Positions 19,684 to 29,733 of a stretch of DNA of 64,000 nt are shown here, piece after piece. Below the pieces are notes generated by a model that worked only from the letters and a program-made list of their open reading frames with translations, was not told the DNA's origin and ran no database searches. Numbering within the stretch: the first letter of the stretch is position 1; every line of letters starts with the position of its first letter. Both the position numbers and the translations under genes were made by a program. Origin of the DNA: Calditrichaceae bacterium (lineage in GTDB: Bacteria > Calditrichota > Calditrichia > Calditrichales > JBFXGD01); contig JBFXLE010000003.1 of assembly GCA_050173015.1 (NCBI GenBank), positions 32,001-96,000 of the forward strand. The letters are read 5' to 3'.

Positions 19684-19695
19684 TCAAGAATTGCT

Positions 19696-19724
19696 AATTT
19701 AATTAAATCTGTTTTTACAGTCAA
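19696..19724 (-). promoter_or_regulatory. Putative sigma70 promoter for tRNA-Ala/ffs/dnaX
   Basis: TTGACT-17 nt-TAAATT, 12 nt upstream of the tRNA. Confidence 0.5.
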
Positions 19725-19758
19725 TTATTTATTGAGCTTTTCGATGGACAATTTATAC

Positions 19759-19791
19759 AAAAAAAAAGGCAGATTTTATTCTGCCTTTTTT
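19759..19791 (-). terminator. Intrinsic terminator (potentially bidirectional)
   Basis: A9-GGCAGA-TTTTAT-TCTGCC-T6 just downstream of the 19801 gene. Confidence 0.8.
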
Positions 19792-19800
19792 GAAGGTCTG

Positions 19801-20898
19801 TTATCTTACCAAGAGCATTTTCCGCATTTGCGAATAATCCTTCGTTTCAAGCCTGTAGAAATAGACACCGCTTGCCAGGTTTGATCCATCAAAAAGTACT
19901 TCATGAGCTCCCGAGGCAATCCATCCGTTGACCAGTGTCCTGACTTCTTTTCCCAGTAAATCATATACTTTTAAACTTACCGTACCGGCAGCCGACAGTT
20001 CAAATCGAATGGCCGTCGCCGGATTGAAGGGATTTGGATAATTTTGCATCAAATTGTATGAATGAATTATAGACGGTTCAGGTTCTGTAACTGAGGTGGG
20101 GTCTGTGACGCGCATCGAAACATCATCCGCTTCGGTAAAATTCGGATTAGTCTCTCCTTCCGTACTTGAAACATCAGCAAGAAGCCCTTCATTTTCTGTA
20201 ATCCAAAAATATGAAATGTAGCGTGAAGTATCACTGAAAACGATGACACCATCTGATATAAAAAAAGTAAAATCAGTATCTTCAGTTCTTATCCTTAAGC
20301 AATCAAAAGTCCCCGCCGGTACATTTATCGTCCCCCAGGCATCAACTGTGGACGTACTGCTCGTTGAATCAATGATCTCGAACATATCCGGACTGGAAAA
20401 AGTATCTGCGTAATTACTGTTCCACGTTGTCCCCATGGATAAGGGGAATTGTAGAATCTTATCATAGGGAATATACTTCTGGATGTATGTGGTGTCCGGG
20501 TCAGAAGTTCCGCTGCCGAGCCCCAACAATTCAGTTGAAGTAAGATCCAGGTAGAAATAAACGCTAAACGTATCAAAAACCGAGAACCAGGCATGATCTG
20601 AACTCTGAAACTCCTGAGCAAAGGGAGTCGTTGAAGGATTTACAATAGTTGTGGTGTAGGTCTCACCGTTTGGAAAATCATTAAGAGTGAACGTCCAGGT
20701 CTGCGGCCCACCGGTTGTTCCAACATTTACGGGTATAGGCACATCTGTGCTCCCGACAAAATACTGATTAAAACTTTTCCCGAAGGTAATATCGTATTCA
20801 CTTTGATCAATCACTATTTGTGACCAACTTTTTCCGGGATTTAAAAGGAACAACATAATAAATACAAGAAAGATTGAATACCTGTAAACTTTGAACAT
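19801..20898 (-). CDS. Secreted protein with T9SS type-A-like C-terminal sorting domain
   Basis: Signal peptide; VDAWGTI.VPAGTFDCLR; C-terminal QNYPNPFNP.T.I.F...VYDLLG.EV.TLV...LASGVYFYRL...KMLLVR. Confidence 0.8.
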   Translation of the reverse strand: MFKVYRYSIFLVFIMLFLLNPGKSWSQIVIDQSEYDITFGKSFNQYFVGSTDVPIPVNVGTTGGPQTWTFTLNDFPNGETYTTTIVNPSTTPFAQEFQSSDHAWFSVFDTFSVYFYLDLTSTELLGLGSGTSDPDTTYIQKYIPYDKILQFPLSMGTTWNSNYADTFSSPDMFEIIDSTSSTSTVDAWGTINVPAGTFDCLRIRTEDTDFTFFISDGVIVFSDTSRYISYFWITENEGLLADVSSTEGETNPNFTEADDVSMRVTDPTSVTEPEPSIIHSYNLMQNYPNPFNPATAIRFELSAAGTVSLKVYDLLGKEVRTLVNGWIASGAHEVLFDGSNLASGVYFYRLETKDYSQMRKMLLVR

Positions 20899-21099
20899 AT
20901 TCCCCCCTTATTGATTGATTGAAAAACATTAAATCTGTTATTTATCTTTTATGAACGCTTTTACTTCAATACATAATAAAATTGGTATGGGGAAATCAGG
21001 TTTTTGTGAATTTGCAATTATTTCTTGATTAAAGATATAACAGTTTATTAATCTAAATTAATCCTTAGAATTAAATTGAATTGTAATTTATTTTCAGGT

Positions 21100-21132
21100 A
21101 AAAATATGCCCCGGGAAATCCACCGGGGCATA
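21100..21132 (-). terminator. Intrinsic terminator of the sucrose operon
   Basis: TATGCCCCGG-N8-CCGGGGCATA inverted repeat with minus-strand T-tract. Confidence 0.7.
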
Positions 21133-21150
21133 ACGGGGAGTTCATCATAC

Positions 21151-23544
21151 TCAACTTTCGGGCACATTTTTTATAAGATTTTTCAACATAAGTCCGTAGA
21201 ACATTTCAAGATACCGGCGTGTTTCATCTCTTTCAAGATTCGTCACATACTTCCAGAATCCGTAAACCCTGGAAAGAGTCATTAATCGGGAAGCGTACAA
21301 TTTCCAGGTGTACCGGTCATCAACCCGTTGGATCCCCGCGTCAGAAATCTTATTCCAGTTTTTTGAATTTTTTTGACATTTTTTAAAGAAATCCAGCAGC
21401 ATTTCAGAAACTTCACTACCGTGGTTCGGATCTATATGAAAACCGGATTTTCCGTTTTCAATTATCTCCAGCGGCCCGCCATATTTAGTCGCGAAAGTTG
21501 GCAGCCCGGATGCCATGGCTTCAATAACTGTCAGACCAAATGCTTCAAAAAGAGCCGGCTGAACAAAAACACCGCCTTTATCAGCGATAAACCGGTAAAG
21601 TTCTCCCGTAAAATTTTTATCAAGCTGTTTACCTACCCAGCGTATGTTGCCGGTCAAATCATACTGCCCGATTAACTGATGAACCTGTTGAATCTGAAAT
21701 CGCTCCTCCTCATCACCGGAAAGCGCTTCATTAACGTACCCGGCCACAATAAATAGGTTTGCTTCATCCTGCAGTTTCTTATTCTGCCCATACCATTCAA
21801 CCAATCCGCTGATATTTTTAATATGATCCAGTCTCGACATGGCAAATATTATCGGTTTACCGGCATTATCTAATTTACCCGTCGCGTGTTCAGATTGATC
21901 TCCAAATATCATGTCCTCGATTTCGGGATGCAGTTCCATCAACCTTCTGTCCTTTTGCGTATGTGGAAAATACACATTGGCATCCGCTCCGGGAGAAACA
22001 ATATTGAATTTTGGATCAAAAACATCAATCCCATTTATAATTCTGTAAAGTCCCGGCATAGTGAATGAGCCGTAACTTTCGTACTGCCCGACCGAATTTT
22101 TGTTACCTGCTATTTCCTGATAGGTGCTGGTTATGATAAAATCCGCCGTATTCATCGCCATGAGATCCGCGGTAAACTGTGTAGAAAAATGATACTGCTC
22201 TTCGTTATGTTTCCAGTAGAGCGCTGAAAACAGATATTTTGTCTTCTCCAGCGCGTGGGCGATATTACACTGAGTTACTCCAAGACGCTGCGACAACAAA
22301 GAGGCCACCAAATTCCCGTCTGAATAATTTCCGATGATCAGATCCGGACGTCCCCCGAGTTCCGCGAGAAGTTCCTTCTCGGAATCAAGAGTAAATTGTT
22401 CAAGATAAGGCCAGACTTTGAATCTTGAAATCCAGTTCGGAACCACATTGCCATCCGCCTTCCGAAATGGTACACGCAGAATTTTTGCGTTTTCCGTGCC
22501 TATGATTTTCTCCTTCGGGATATTACAGGTGGTATCTCCGGCCTCCGGAATTAAGCGCGTGATGACAAGAATCTGCGGTTCAATATCAAGACCCTGTTCA
22601 TTGATGCGCAGTCGCATTTCTTTTTCGAGAGCTCTGACCTGATCCAGAATGTAGACCACCTGTCCGCCTGTATCCGGTAAACCAAGTACATTTGACTGCC
22701 CGAAATAACCATGTGGAGACAGAATAACGATATTGAATATCATGGGAATACGGCTTAAAAATTTTTCGAGATTTGTCGGCTCAGGCGCTTCAAGTATATC
22801 CGATAACAGGTTTAATGTATCGAGCATCCTGGATACATTGTTGCCCCAACCCGGTTCAAATCCCAGCGCCTGCATTTGTTCCCCTACCTGAGTCCATACG
22901 GCATCATCCGGTTGATTTTCCAGATATTCTTCCGCTTTGCGTAGGTTTTTTTGAAGCTCGCGTACATCACCGATAAAAGAATTTAGCATGAGCTGCTGTC
23001 CCTGGTATTGGTGAACCCTCAAAAAATCAAGCAGACGTTTGTCCCCTTTTTCAAGTTCCGAGAACAAACGATTGGAAAGATGCCTGTTCAGGTATTCAAC
23101 ACCACGGCCTAAATATCTTTTATCCTTTAGTCTCGGAAAACCTCTTCCAAACGGTTCAAGATCAAATTCAAGAACCCAATCATCATTACTCTGACCAGGC
23201 TCAACAATCCGTTCCTTAAAAGCTAAAAACTCCCTCTCGAGTATATACTCGTGCAATACATCATGTATATGGAAACGGACATATTCCCAACTCGCGATAT
23301 CGTCTCTTATGGCAAAATAGATCCAGGGGTCCTGAATAACCGCTTCCTGGGAGTTGAGAATCAAATTTTCTATAATGGTTTTTTTTAAGGCTATTCCCGC
23401 TTCTGTTTCTGAGTATTTATTAAACTCATCTATTAACTCCGATCTAAGTAAAAATGGTCTTGATAAATCAAGATACCTTCTAAATAGCAAATAAACTGAT
23501 TTCCGGTGTTCATCTATGGTTTTTTGAATCAAATTAATAGACAT
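21151..23544 (-). CDS. sus: Sucrose synthase (GT4)
   Basis: [65 protein letters not shown]. Confidence 0.96.
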   Translation of the reverse strand: MSINLIQKTIDEHRKSVYLLFRRYLDLSRPFLLRSELIDEFNKYSETEAGIALKKTIIENLILNSQEAVIQDPWIYFAIRDDIASWEYVRFHIHDVLHEYILEREFLAFKERIVEPGQSNDDWVLEFDLEPFGRGFPRLKDKRYLGRGVEYLNRHLSNRLFSELEKGDKRLLDFLRVHQYQGQQLMLNSFIGDVRELQKNLRKAEEYLENQPDDAVWTQVGEQMQALGFEPGWGNNVSRMLDTLNLLSDILEAPEPTNLEKFLSRIPMIFNIVILSPHGYFGQSNVLGLPDTGGQVVYILDQVRALEKEMRLRINEQGLDIEPQILVITRLIPEAGDTTCNIPKEKIIGTENAKILRVPFRKADGNVVPNWISRFKVWPYLEQFTLDSEKELLAELGGRPDLIIGNYSDGNLVASLLSQRLGVTQCNIAHALEKTKYLFSALYWKHNEEQYHFSTQFTADLMAMNTADFIITSTYQEIAGNKNSVGQYESYGSFTMPGLYRIINGIDVFDPKFNIVSPGADANVYFPHTQKDRRLMELHPEIEDMIFGDQSEHATGKLDNAGKPIIFAMSRLDHIKNISGLVEWYGQNKKLQDEANLFIVAGYVNEALSGDEEERFQIQQVHQLIGQYDLTGNIRWVGKQLDKNFTGELYRFIADKGGVFVQPALFEAFGLTVIEAMASGLPTFATKYGGPLEIIENGKSGFHIDPNHGSEVSEMLLDFFKKCQKNSKNWNKISDAGIQRVDDRYTWKLYASRLMTLSRVYGFWKYVTNLERDETRRYLEMFYGLMLKNLIKNVPES

Positions 23545-25699
23545 TTTCCTCTCCCGTTTTTATCTGTTCTCCAAAAAAATTATAGTGCTTAATCCCTTCT
23601 AATATCCCTCGCGCGTAAGTATTTTCAGCAAAATATATCCTTGGTTTTCCGTAAAGCCGCTTAAGTTCTGAGCTAAAATTCCCCACAACAACTCCCAGCA
23701 TATTACCTCTTAACATTTCTTCATCATTTCCCGAATCACCGGCAACCAGTATTCGTTCAGGCGGTAAACCCCATTTCATCGCCAGATATCTGACCGCAAG
23801 GCCTTTTGAAGCGCGGATTGGCAAGATATCAAGATAAGCATTGTGGGAAAGAATAACTTTTACGCGCAGCTTGTGTTTCCTCAAATGGCTGATAATTTTG
23901 TTTCTACCGGGGGCGTTTTTGGGATCCAGATAGTAACTGATTTTATATTTTCTCTGGTCAATGTCCGGCTGTAATCTCAAACCCGCGAGTTCGCCCAGCG
24001 CCTCTCTTATTAATTCGGGTTTCCAATAATACTTCAAATGGTGTGACCAGGTGCGGTCTTCGACTTTTTCGGGACCATAGTTTATTTCACTTCCAACAGA
24101 GGTGATAAATACATCAGGTATCGGAAGACCCCACTCCGAAAGCACTTCGATGGCGCTTTCCAACCGTCTTCCCGTCGCGATGCCAAGCCCCGCATGTTCT
24201 CCGTGTATTTTCAGATATTCAATAAATTCTTTCAGAGCCTCCGCGTCTCCCAACAGTGTATTATCAATATCCGTGATGATCATCCTGTCGACCATCGGCA
24301 AACGACTTTTCGAAAGCCTCATGACATTCCGTTTATAAGCTTTTTTATTAAGAATTTTATCTGTCATCATTAGATATTTTTTTACATGACTACTCCACGA
24401 ATAGTGTTTTTTCACACCTTTTAAACCATTTTTGGAATAAATTTTCCACTGATGCCTGTCTTCAATCACTGACTGAATCGAAATTCCCATTTTCTCCGGA
24501 TCAAGAGGATCAACAAGCACTCCGTTTCCACAATTTCTGATAATGTCATTCGGGCCGCCGTCATTTGTGGCCACTACAGGCAAACCGCTCGCGGCAGCTT
24601 CGATAATAGTAAGTCCGAATGGCTCGGTCAGGGCCGGATTAACAAATACCCCTTTTGATTTAGCCGCCATTCTGTAAATTTCAGGCACATCTTCGGGAGC
24701 GTGATTTTTAGGATAAGCCACTTTTCCATACAGGTTATATTTATCAATAAGCAGCAGAATATTGGTAAGAACTTTTCGCGATCCCTTTTCAAGGGATTTT
24801 ATATCATTTCGGTTGCCGGCAATAATAACAAGATTTGTATTGTTTCGCAAATATTCATTTCCGGCATACGCGTGAATAAGCGTCTCAATATTTTTTCTTT
24901 CATCGGCTCTCGACATGGCCAGAATCAAAGGTTTTTTTCTGTCGGAAAGAAACTTATTTATATCCCCTGTAATTGTTGATACCACCCCGGCAGGAGCAGA
25001 AGGTGAAAATTTCTCCAAATCAACACCGGGTGGTATGACAACCATCCTTTCAGGCGAGTAATTTTCATACAATTTATACTGTTCTTCCACTTCCTGAGCG
25101 GTGCTGGTCACAACGCGCGCGGCGGTATCGAGCGCGAATTCTTCCGCATCGATCCGGTGACTTATATTGTAGCGAGCTTCCATTTTCGGCATAATCATGC
25201 CCTTTTCCCCCAAATGCTCCTTTTTTATTCTTCCCAGGGAATGGCCGGTGAAAAGGAAAGGCACGCCAAGCAGACGGGATATCTGCGCGCCAACATAACC
25301 GGCATCCGCATAATGCCCGTGAATAATATCCGGGACCTTACCCGCGCGCCGGATGTACTGTACCGCCTGATCGGAGAACCCGTCCAGATAGTTCCATAGT
25401 ACTTCTTTTCTTAAATATCGTCTGGGGCCGCAGGGTATTCTGACGATATTGGCCTTTTCTGATATTTTTTCCATCTGCCGGCTGTATATTTCATCCACTT
25501 TGCTATCGGTAATTTGTCTTGTAAGCAGATCCACCCGCCGGACACGCGGGTCTTTAGAAAGAGCCCGAGCAAATTCCACCACATATTTTATCTGTCCGCC
25601 GGTATCCGCGTCACGTCCTAATTCCGGACTTTGCCCTTTGACAAGCCCGTGAATACTTATTAGCAAAATATACAGATCACCCGCCGTATTGGTCGTCAT
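23534..25699 (-). CDS. sps: Sucrose-phosphate synthase with C-terminal HAD (SPP-like) domain
   Basis: [48 protein letters not shown]; start set at the ATGA overlap with the pfkB stop (ORF track gives 25711). Confidence 0.94.
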   Translation of the reverse strand: MTTNTAGDLYILLISIHGLVKGQSPELGRDADTGGQIKYVVEFARALSKDPRVRRVDLLTRQITDSKVDEIYSRQMEKISEKANIVRIPCGPRRYLRKEVLWNYLDGFSDQAVQYIRRAGKVPDIIHGHYADAGYVGAQISRLLGVPFLFTGHSLGRIKKEHLGEKGMIMPKMEARYNISHRIDAEEFALDTAARVVTSTAQEVEEQYKLYENYSPERMVVIPPGVDLEKFSPSAPAGVVSTITGDINKFLSDRKKPLILAMSRADERKNIETLIHAYAGNEYLRNNTNLVIIAGNRNDIKSLEKGSRKVLTNILLLIDKYNLYGKVAYPKNHAPEDVPEIYRMAAKSKGVFVNPALTEPFGLTIIEAAASGLPVVATNDGGPNDIIRNCGNGVLVDPLDPEKMGISIQSVIEDRHQWKIYSKNGLKGVKKHYSWSSHVKKYLMMTDKILNKKAYKRNVMRLSKSRLPMVDRMIITDIDNTLLGDAEALKEFIEYLKIHGEHAGLGIATGRRLESAIEVLSEWGLPIPDVFITSVGSEINYGPEKVEDRTWSHHLKYYWKPELIREALGELAGLRLQPDIDQRKYKISYYLDPKNAPGRNKIISHLRKHKLRVKVILSHNAYLDILPIRASKGLAVRYLAMKWGLPPERILVAGDSGNDEEMLRGNMLGVVVGNFSSELKRLYGKPRIYFAENTYARGILEGIKHYNFFGEQIKTGEENVY

Positions 25700-26595
25700 T
25701 TTGCCCCCCATAAATCATTTTTCGATTGATAAAGTTCATGATTTTCTGTGGTCGCTCCTCTTATCCGGCAGATCTCCGCCGCAAATTCGGAAGCCCTGTC
25801 CAAAATTTGCTGCGCGTTCCATTTTTTTAGCAGCCCCATAATGGTCACCGCCGCAAATGCGTCTCCTGCTCCAACCGTATCGACCAATGCGTCAACCGGA
25901 TTCGGAACCGCGAAATAAACATCACCGTTTTTTTGGATTAACATGGCGCCCTCGCTGCCCATGGTCACTACAATGCCTGTCAAATTAAAATATTCGATCA
26001 TCCGGAACGCCTGCTTTTCTCTTGTATTTTCCACCGCGTCTATCATCAGGCTGATTTCTTTCAGTTCGTGTTCATTACACTTTAACCAATCCGTATCATG
26101 TAATTCATCCAGAATTATTTCTTTTTCCCACCATGGAGCGCGCAGATTTACATCAAAAAAAACGTCTGACGATGACTTTTTTTTCAATTCAGCAAGCGCA
26201 AACCTTGATTTTTCATTCCGCAAAGCAAGTGACCCGTGATAAAGAATGGTCTGACCTGCATTTTGAATAACCTTGGATGCCGGCGGGTTTATGAAATCAT
26301 AGGCCTGATCTGATTCAATAGTGTACCTCGGTTCATTATCATGCATCCCGACACTTACCCTGCCGGTTGGATACTCACTATCAGTCTGAACTCCGCTTTT
26401 ATTCATACCCCAGGAATCCATTTTTTTTAAAACTTCTGATCCCAAATTGTCTCTTCCAATCCGGCTTATGAAAATCGGATGATTACCGAAGCCGTTCAAA
26501 TGCCAGGCCACATTGAAAGGAGCCCCTCCAAGAACAGAATGATTCGATTCAAATATATCAAATAGCACTTCTCCAAATATGATCGGTGTCTGCAA
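25696..26595 (-). CDS. PfkB-family carbohydrate kinase (probable fructokinase)
   Basis: GEVLFD, LGGAPFNVA, FDVNLR, DTVGAGDAF; TTG start; sucrose gene context. Confidence 0.88.
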   Translation of the reverse strand: MQTPIIFGEVLFDIFESNHSVLGGAPFNVAWHLNGFGNHPIFISRIGRDNLGSEVLKKMDSWGMNKSGVQTDSEYPTGRVSVGMHDNEPRYTIESDQAYDFINPPASKVIQNAGQTILYHGSLALRNEKSRFALAELKKKSSSDVFFDVNLRAPWWEKEIILDELHDTDWLKCNEHELKEISLMIDAVENTREKQAFRMIEYFNLTGIVVTMGSEGAMLIQKNGDVYFAVPNPVDALVDTVGAGDAFAAVTIMGLLKKWNAQQILDRASEFAAEICRIRGATTENHELYQSKNDLWGAK

Positions 26596-26785
26596 ATTAT
26601 CACCCCATTGTATTAATGGATATTAGTTTTCTTATTTTTGATTGAAAGAATAATAGTCACGTATGGTTAAAAAATGATAAATTAGTTTATAAAAATCAAG
26701 TGTTTAAGGGATAATTTTGAATATCGCTATACGATTCGGACAAAACAATCGACATTGAGGGGGATAATAAAATTCCGGTTAACAA

Positions 26786-26815
26786 AATAAAAACGGAGGG
26801 ATGCCCCTCCGTTTT
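26786..26815 (-). terminator. Intrinsic terminator after qNOR
   Basis: AAAACGGAGGG-ATGC-CCCTCCGTTTT. Confidence 0.75.
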
Positions 26816-26824
26816 ATGTTAATT

Positions 26825-29041
26825 TTACGCTTTTTTTGTAAATAATGTTTTATTTAATGAATCAATAAATACCAGGGCGGCTCCTAATATGAGCATCGTA
26901 TCCGGTACAAGACGAATCCACATCCAGAATCCCATGCTTTCGAGTGTCTCCCTGCTTCGGGCGGCGTAATAACCAAGCTCCGAGGCAACTTTCGCCTGTT
27001 CAAACCCGATAACAAGCGTCGGGACCGTGTAGAGTACAATTCCGACGGTTACCAGCCAGAATCCCCAGCGGCTTAATGTTTCTTTCCATACCAACCCTTT
27101 GGCCATGGCATTGGCTCTTGCCGTAATATAAATAAACGCGATTGAAATATAACCGAACGCGCCGAGCATTGCCACATGACCGTGAGGCATAATCAAATAA
27201 GTACCATGGGCATAATAGTTAACTTCAGGTGTATTAATTACCATTCCCAGAAATCCCGCGCCAAACCAGTTCAGAATAGCCGAACCGGTCAACCACATAA
27301 ATGGGGTTTTAAAGGCAAAATCAGTCCCTTCCGTCTGTATCTTTTTGTACTCTTTCCAGGCTTCAATCATCAGCACAACCAACGGTACCGGCTCCAGAGC
27401 TGAGAAGGTGCTGCCAATGGCGATCCAGTATTGATCCGTTCCCTGCCACCAAACATGATGTCCCACTCCGAGTGTACCCGAGAGCGCGACCAGAAACAAT
27501 TCGAACAACATAATACGTTCTGCTGTTTTTCTCGGCACCAGACCCAGCACGACGGTTAAATATGCCAGGACACCGGCCGCAAAGAGTTCAAATGTCAACT
27601 CAACCCATAGATGGACAACCCACCAGCGATAATAATCGTCAATAGTGAAATTGGGCATTATTTTGTGTACCGGAGCCATACCAGCCATATACAAAGTGGC
27701 GATACCAAAGGCGGACCATATAATTGTCCCGACCATTACATTGTTGGTTTTTGCCTTGCGGATGGTCGTGTACACCATGAAAAACCAGAGTACAAGTCCC
27801 ACTACAAGACCGATATCCCAAACGCGGCCAAGGTTGAGGTATTCACGTCCCTCATTTCCTAACCAGAACCATACTTCACGCAGTTCACCGGTCGCGCCCA
27901 TATAAATACCATATAACCCACCGGCGCCTACAACCAGCAATGCAAGCCATAATACATCCACCAGCCATGGGAATCTTAAATCTTCTTTTCCGACGAGAGG
28001 CGCGATAAACATACCCCCAACAAGCCAGCCGATTGTCACCCAGATGATGGCGATATTGACATGCAGTGCGCGCATGACATTAAACGGCAGGATATTTTGA
28101 GAAATTATGAAATCATTTGCCGGATCCGTATAAATATGAGCAATATATCCACCAAGAATGACCTGCAATAGGAAAAACAGCGTTACTACCGGAACATATT
28201 TAAGAAGTTTTTCTTGTGACGGAAATATTTTCTCAATGATGAGCGGAGGTTCAGGCTGCTCATTTTTATCACGTTTTATGACATATTCATAGAGCAGATA
28301 AAATACAATTATCGTCAGCGTCCAGAGAAGTAGCAGCTGAATTAACGACCAGAATACATTAGTCCAGCTTGAATCCTGATCAACCAGCGGTTCGTGAGGC
28401 CAGTTATTCGACCAGGTATAATCCGTTCCCGGTCGGATAGATGAAGAGACCATTTGAGACCAATCCACGAATGCGGCAATTTTAACCGCTTCATCTGTTC
28501 TGATCACTCCACCGGTAAATCCTTTTTCTCTGTTTCCATTAACCAGAAAATCGACCAGATATTCAACATTTGCTTTATAAGCGGCAGTTGAAGCAACGGT
28601 ATAGACCACTCTTTCTTCCGTTAATGATGTTTTTTCGCGAAAATCGTTTTTAACTCTGACCTTCACCGCGCCCAGTTGTTCTTCAGTTAATGAAGACATC
28701 GGAGCACCATACATTTCCTTACCATAATAGTCATAAAGAAATTCGGCGCGTTTATGAAAAAATTCTGATGTAAAATCCGGACCAAGATACGCTCCCATAC
28801 CCAATAGCGTGCCGTAATCCATTAAATCAAATTGTTGAAAGTACCCCTTACCTTCAACGATATCATCGTATGAATAAAGGACCTCTCCGGATTCGGAGAC
28901 AACCTGTTCCGGTATCGGAGGAACTTCTTTCACAAGTCCGGCTGAATAATAAATAAGCGCAGCCACCATAATGATCGCGATAAACCAGAACGACGTATAG
29001 AGCCCCTTCCTGCTCATCAGCCGCTCAATAAAATTGTTCAT
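26825..29041 (-). CDS. norZ: Quinol-dependent nitric oxide reductase (qNOR)
   Basis: GAYLGPDFT, RALH, G.EGREYL.LGRVW, RWWVVHLWVE..FE, GHH, SALEP, HGH; no CxxCH; start moved to ATG 29041 (RBS GGAGG). Confidence 0.9.
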   Translation of the reverse strand: MNNFIERLMSRKGLYTSFWFIAIIMVAALIYYSAGLVKEVPPIPEQVVSESGEVLYSYDDIVEGKGYFQQFDLMDYGTLLGMGAYLGPDFTSEFFHKRAEFLYDYYGKEMYGAPMSSLTEEQLGAVKVRVKNDFREKTSLTEERVVYTVASTAAYKANVEYLVDFLVNGNREKGFTGGVIRTDEAVKIAAFVDWSQMVSSSIRPGTDYTWSNNWPHEPLVDQDSSWTNVFWSLIQLLLLWTLTIIVFYLLYEYVIKRDKNEQPEPPLIIEKIFPSQEKLLKYVPVVTLFFLLQVILGGYIAHIYTDPANDFIISQNILPFNVMRALHVNIAIIWVTIGWLVGGMFIAPLVGKEDLRFPWLVDVLWLALLVVGAGGLYGIYMGATGELREVWFWLGNEGREYLNLGRVWDIGLVVGLVLWFFMVYTTIRKAKTNNVMVGTIIWSAFGIATLYMAGMAPVHKIMPNFTIDDYYRWWVVHLWVELTFELFAAGVLAYLTVVLGLVPRKTAERIMLFELFLVALSGTLGVGHHVWWQGTDQYWIAIGSTFSALEPVPLVVLMIEAWKEYKKIQTEGTDFAFKTPFMWLTGSAILNWFGAGFLGMVINTPEVNYYAHGTYLIMPHGHVAMLGAFGYISIAFIYITARANAMAKGLVWKETLSRWGFWLVTVGIVLYTVPTLVIGFEQAKVASELGYYAARSRETLESMGFWMWIRLVPDTMLILGAALVFIDSLNKTLFTKKA

Positions 29042-29085
29042 AAAACCTCCAGTTTGTAATTCTACCTTCATGTGGTATATGTGTT

Positions 29086-29128
29086 AAAAAAAATACTACC
29101 TTCACCATGTGCTATGTGACGGTAGTAT
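29086..29128 (-). terminator. Terminator-like hairpin upstream of qNOR
   Basis: Minus strand ATACTACCGTCAC-N10-GTGAAGGTAGTAT then T7. Confidence 0.55.
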
Positions 29129-29173
29129 ATACATGCAAAAAAATATTGTTTTTAATTACCACCAACGAGTGGG

Positions 29174-29202
29174 AATATACAAACATATCATATTACATGC
29201 AA
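29174..29202 (-). promoter_or_regulatory. Putative sigma70 promoter for qNOR
   Basis: TTGCAT-17 nt-TATATT. Confidence 0.45.
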
Positions 29203-29300
29203 AAAAATAGATATATTTTCTGATTTTATTGAAATCGAATGATTAAATTATTGAGCGGTGGGTTATTTTAGGACTTGTTTAAAATCGAAAATCTGTCTGA

Positions 29301-29714
29301 TTAAATTCTTTTACGGAGGTTTTTACAAAGATCGCCAAGGGATATTTTATACAGCATTTCTTTTAGATGTCCCCTTTCTTCCTGCCAGTAGAAGTGCATC
29401 GGACAGGGATCTTCATCCGTACAAGAGTCAAATCCCAGGATACAGCGGGTATAGTCTTCAAGCCCTTCCACAACATCGACTATTTGATAGAGATAGATAT
29501 CGGATTTATCCCTGATAATCCGATATCCGCCCTGATTACCCTGAAGAGAAGATACCAAACCTGCTTCCGATAAATCATGCATCAGTTTCGCCAGATATTT
29601 GTAAGGTATATCAAGTTCTTTATGAAGATGATTAACGGAATATATCTGATTCTCATCATTTGCAAGATAGATCAAGGCTCTGATGGCGTATTCGGTGGTT
29701 TTTGATAATCTCAA
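29301..29714 (-). CDS. Rrf2-family transcriptional regulator with Fe-S ligands
   Basis: YAIRAL..LA, G..GGY, VEG, C-x6-C-x5-C-x2-H; TTG start. Confidence 0.9.
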   Translation of the reverse strand: MRLSKTTEYAIRALIYLANDENQIYSVNHLHKELDIPYKYLAKLMHDLSEAGLVSSLQGNQGGYRIIRDKSDIYLYQIVDVVEGLEDYTRCILGFDSCTDEDPCPMHFYWQEERGHLKEMLYKISLGDLCKNLRKRI

Positions 29715-29733
29715 ACTTCCATCCGTGATTTAA

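Noticed and set aside
26825-29041. NO dismutase (NOD) interpretation of the qNOR-like gene
   Set aside because: The HH pair, the SALE Glu and the quinol-site His are retained; NOD candidates substitute these.
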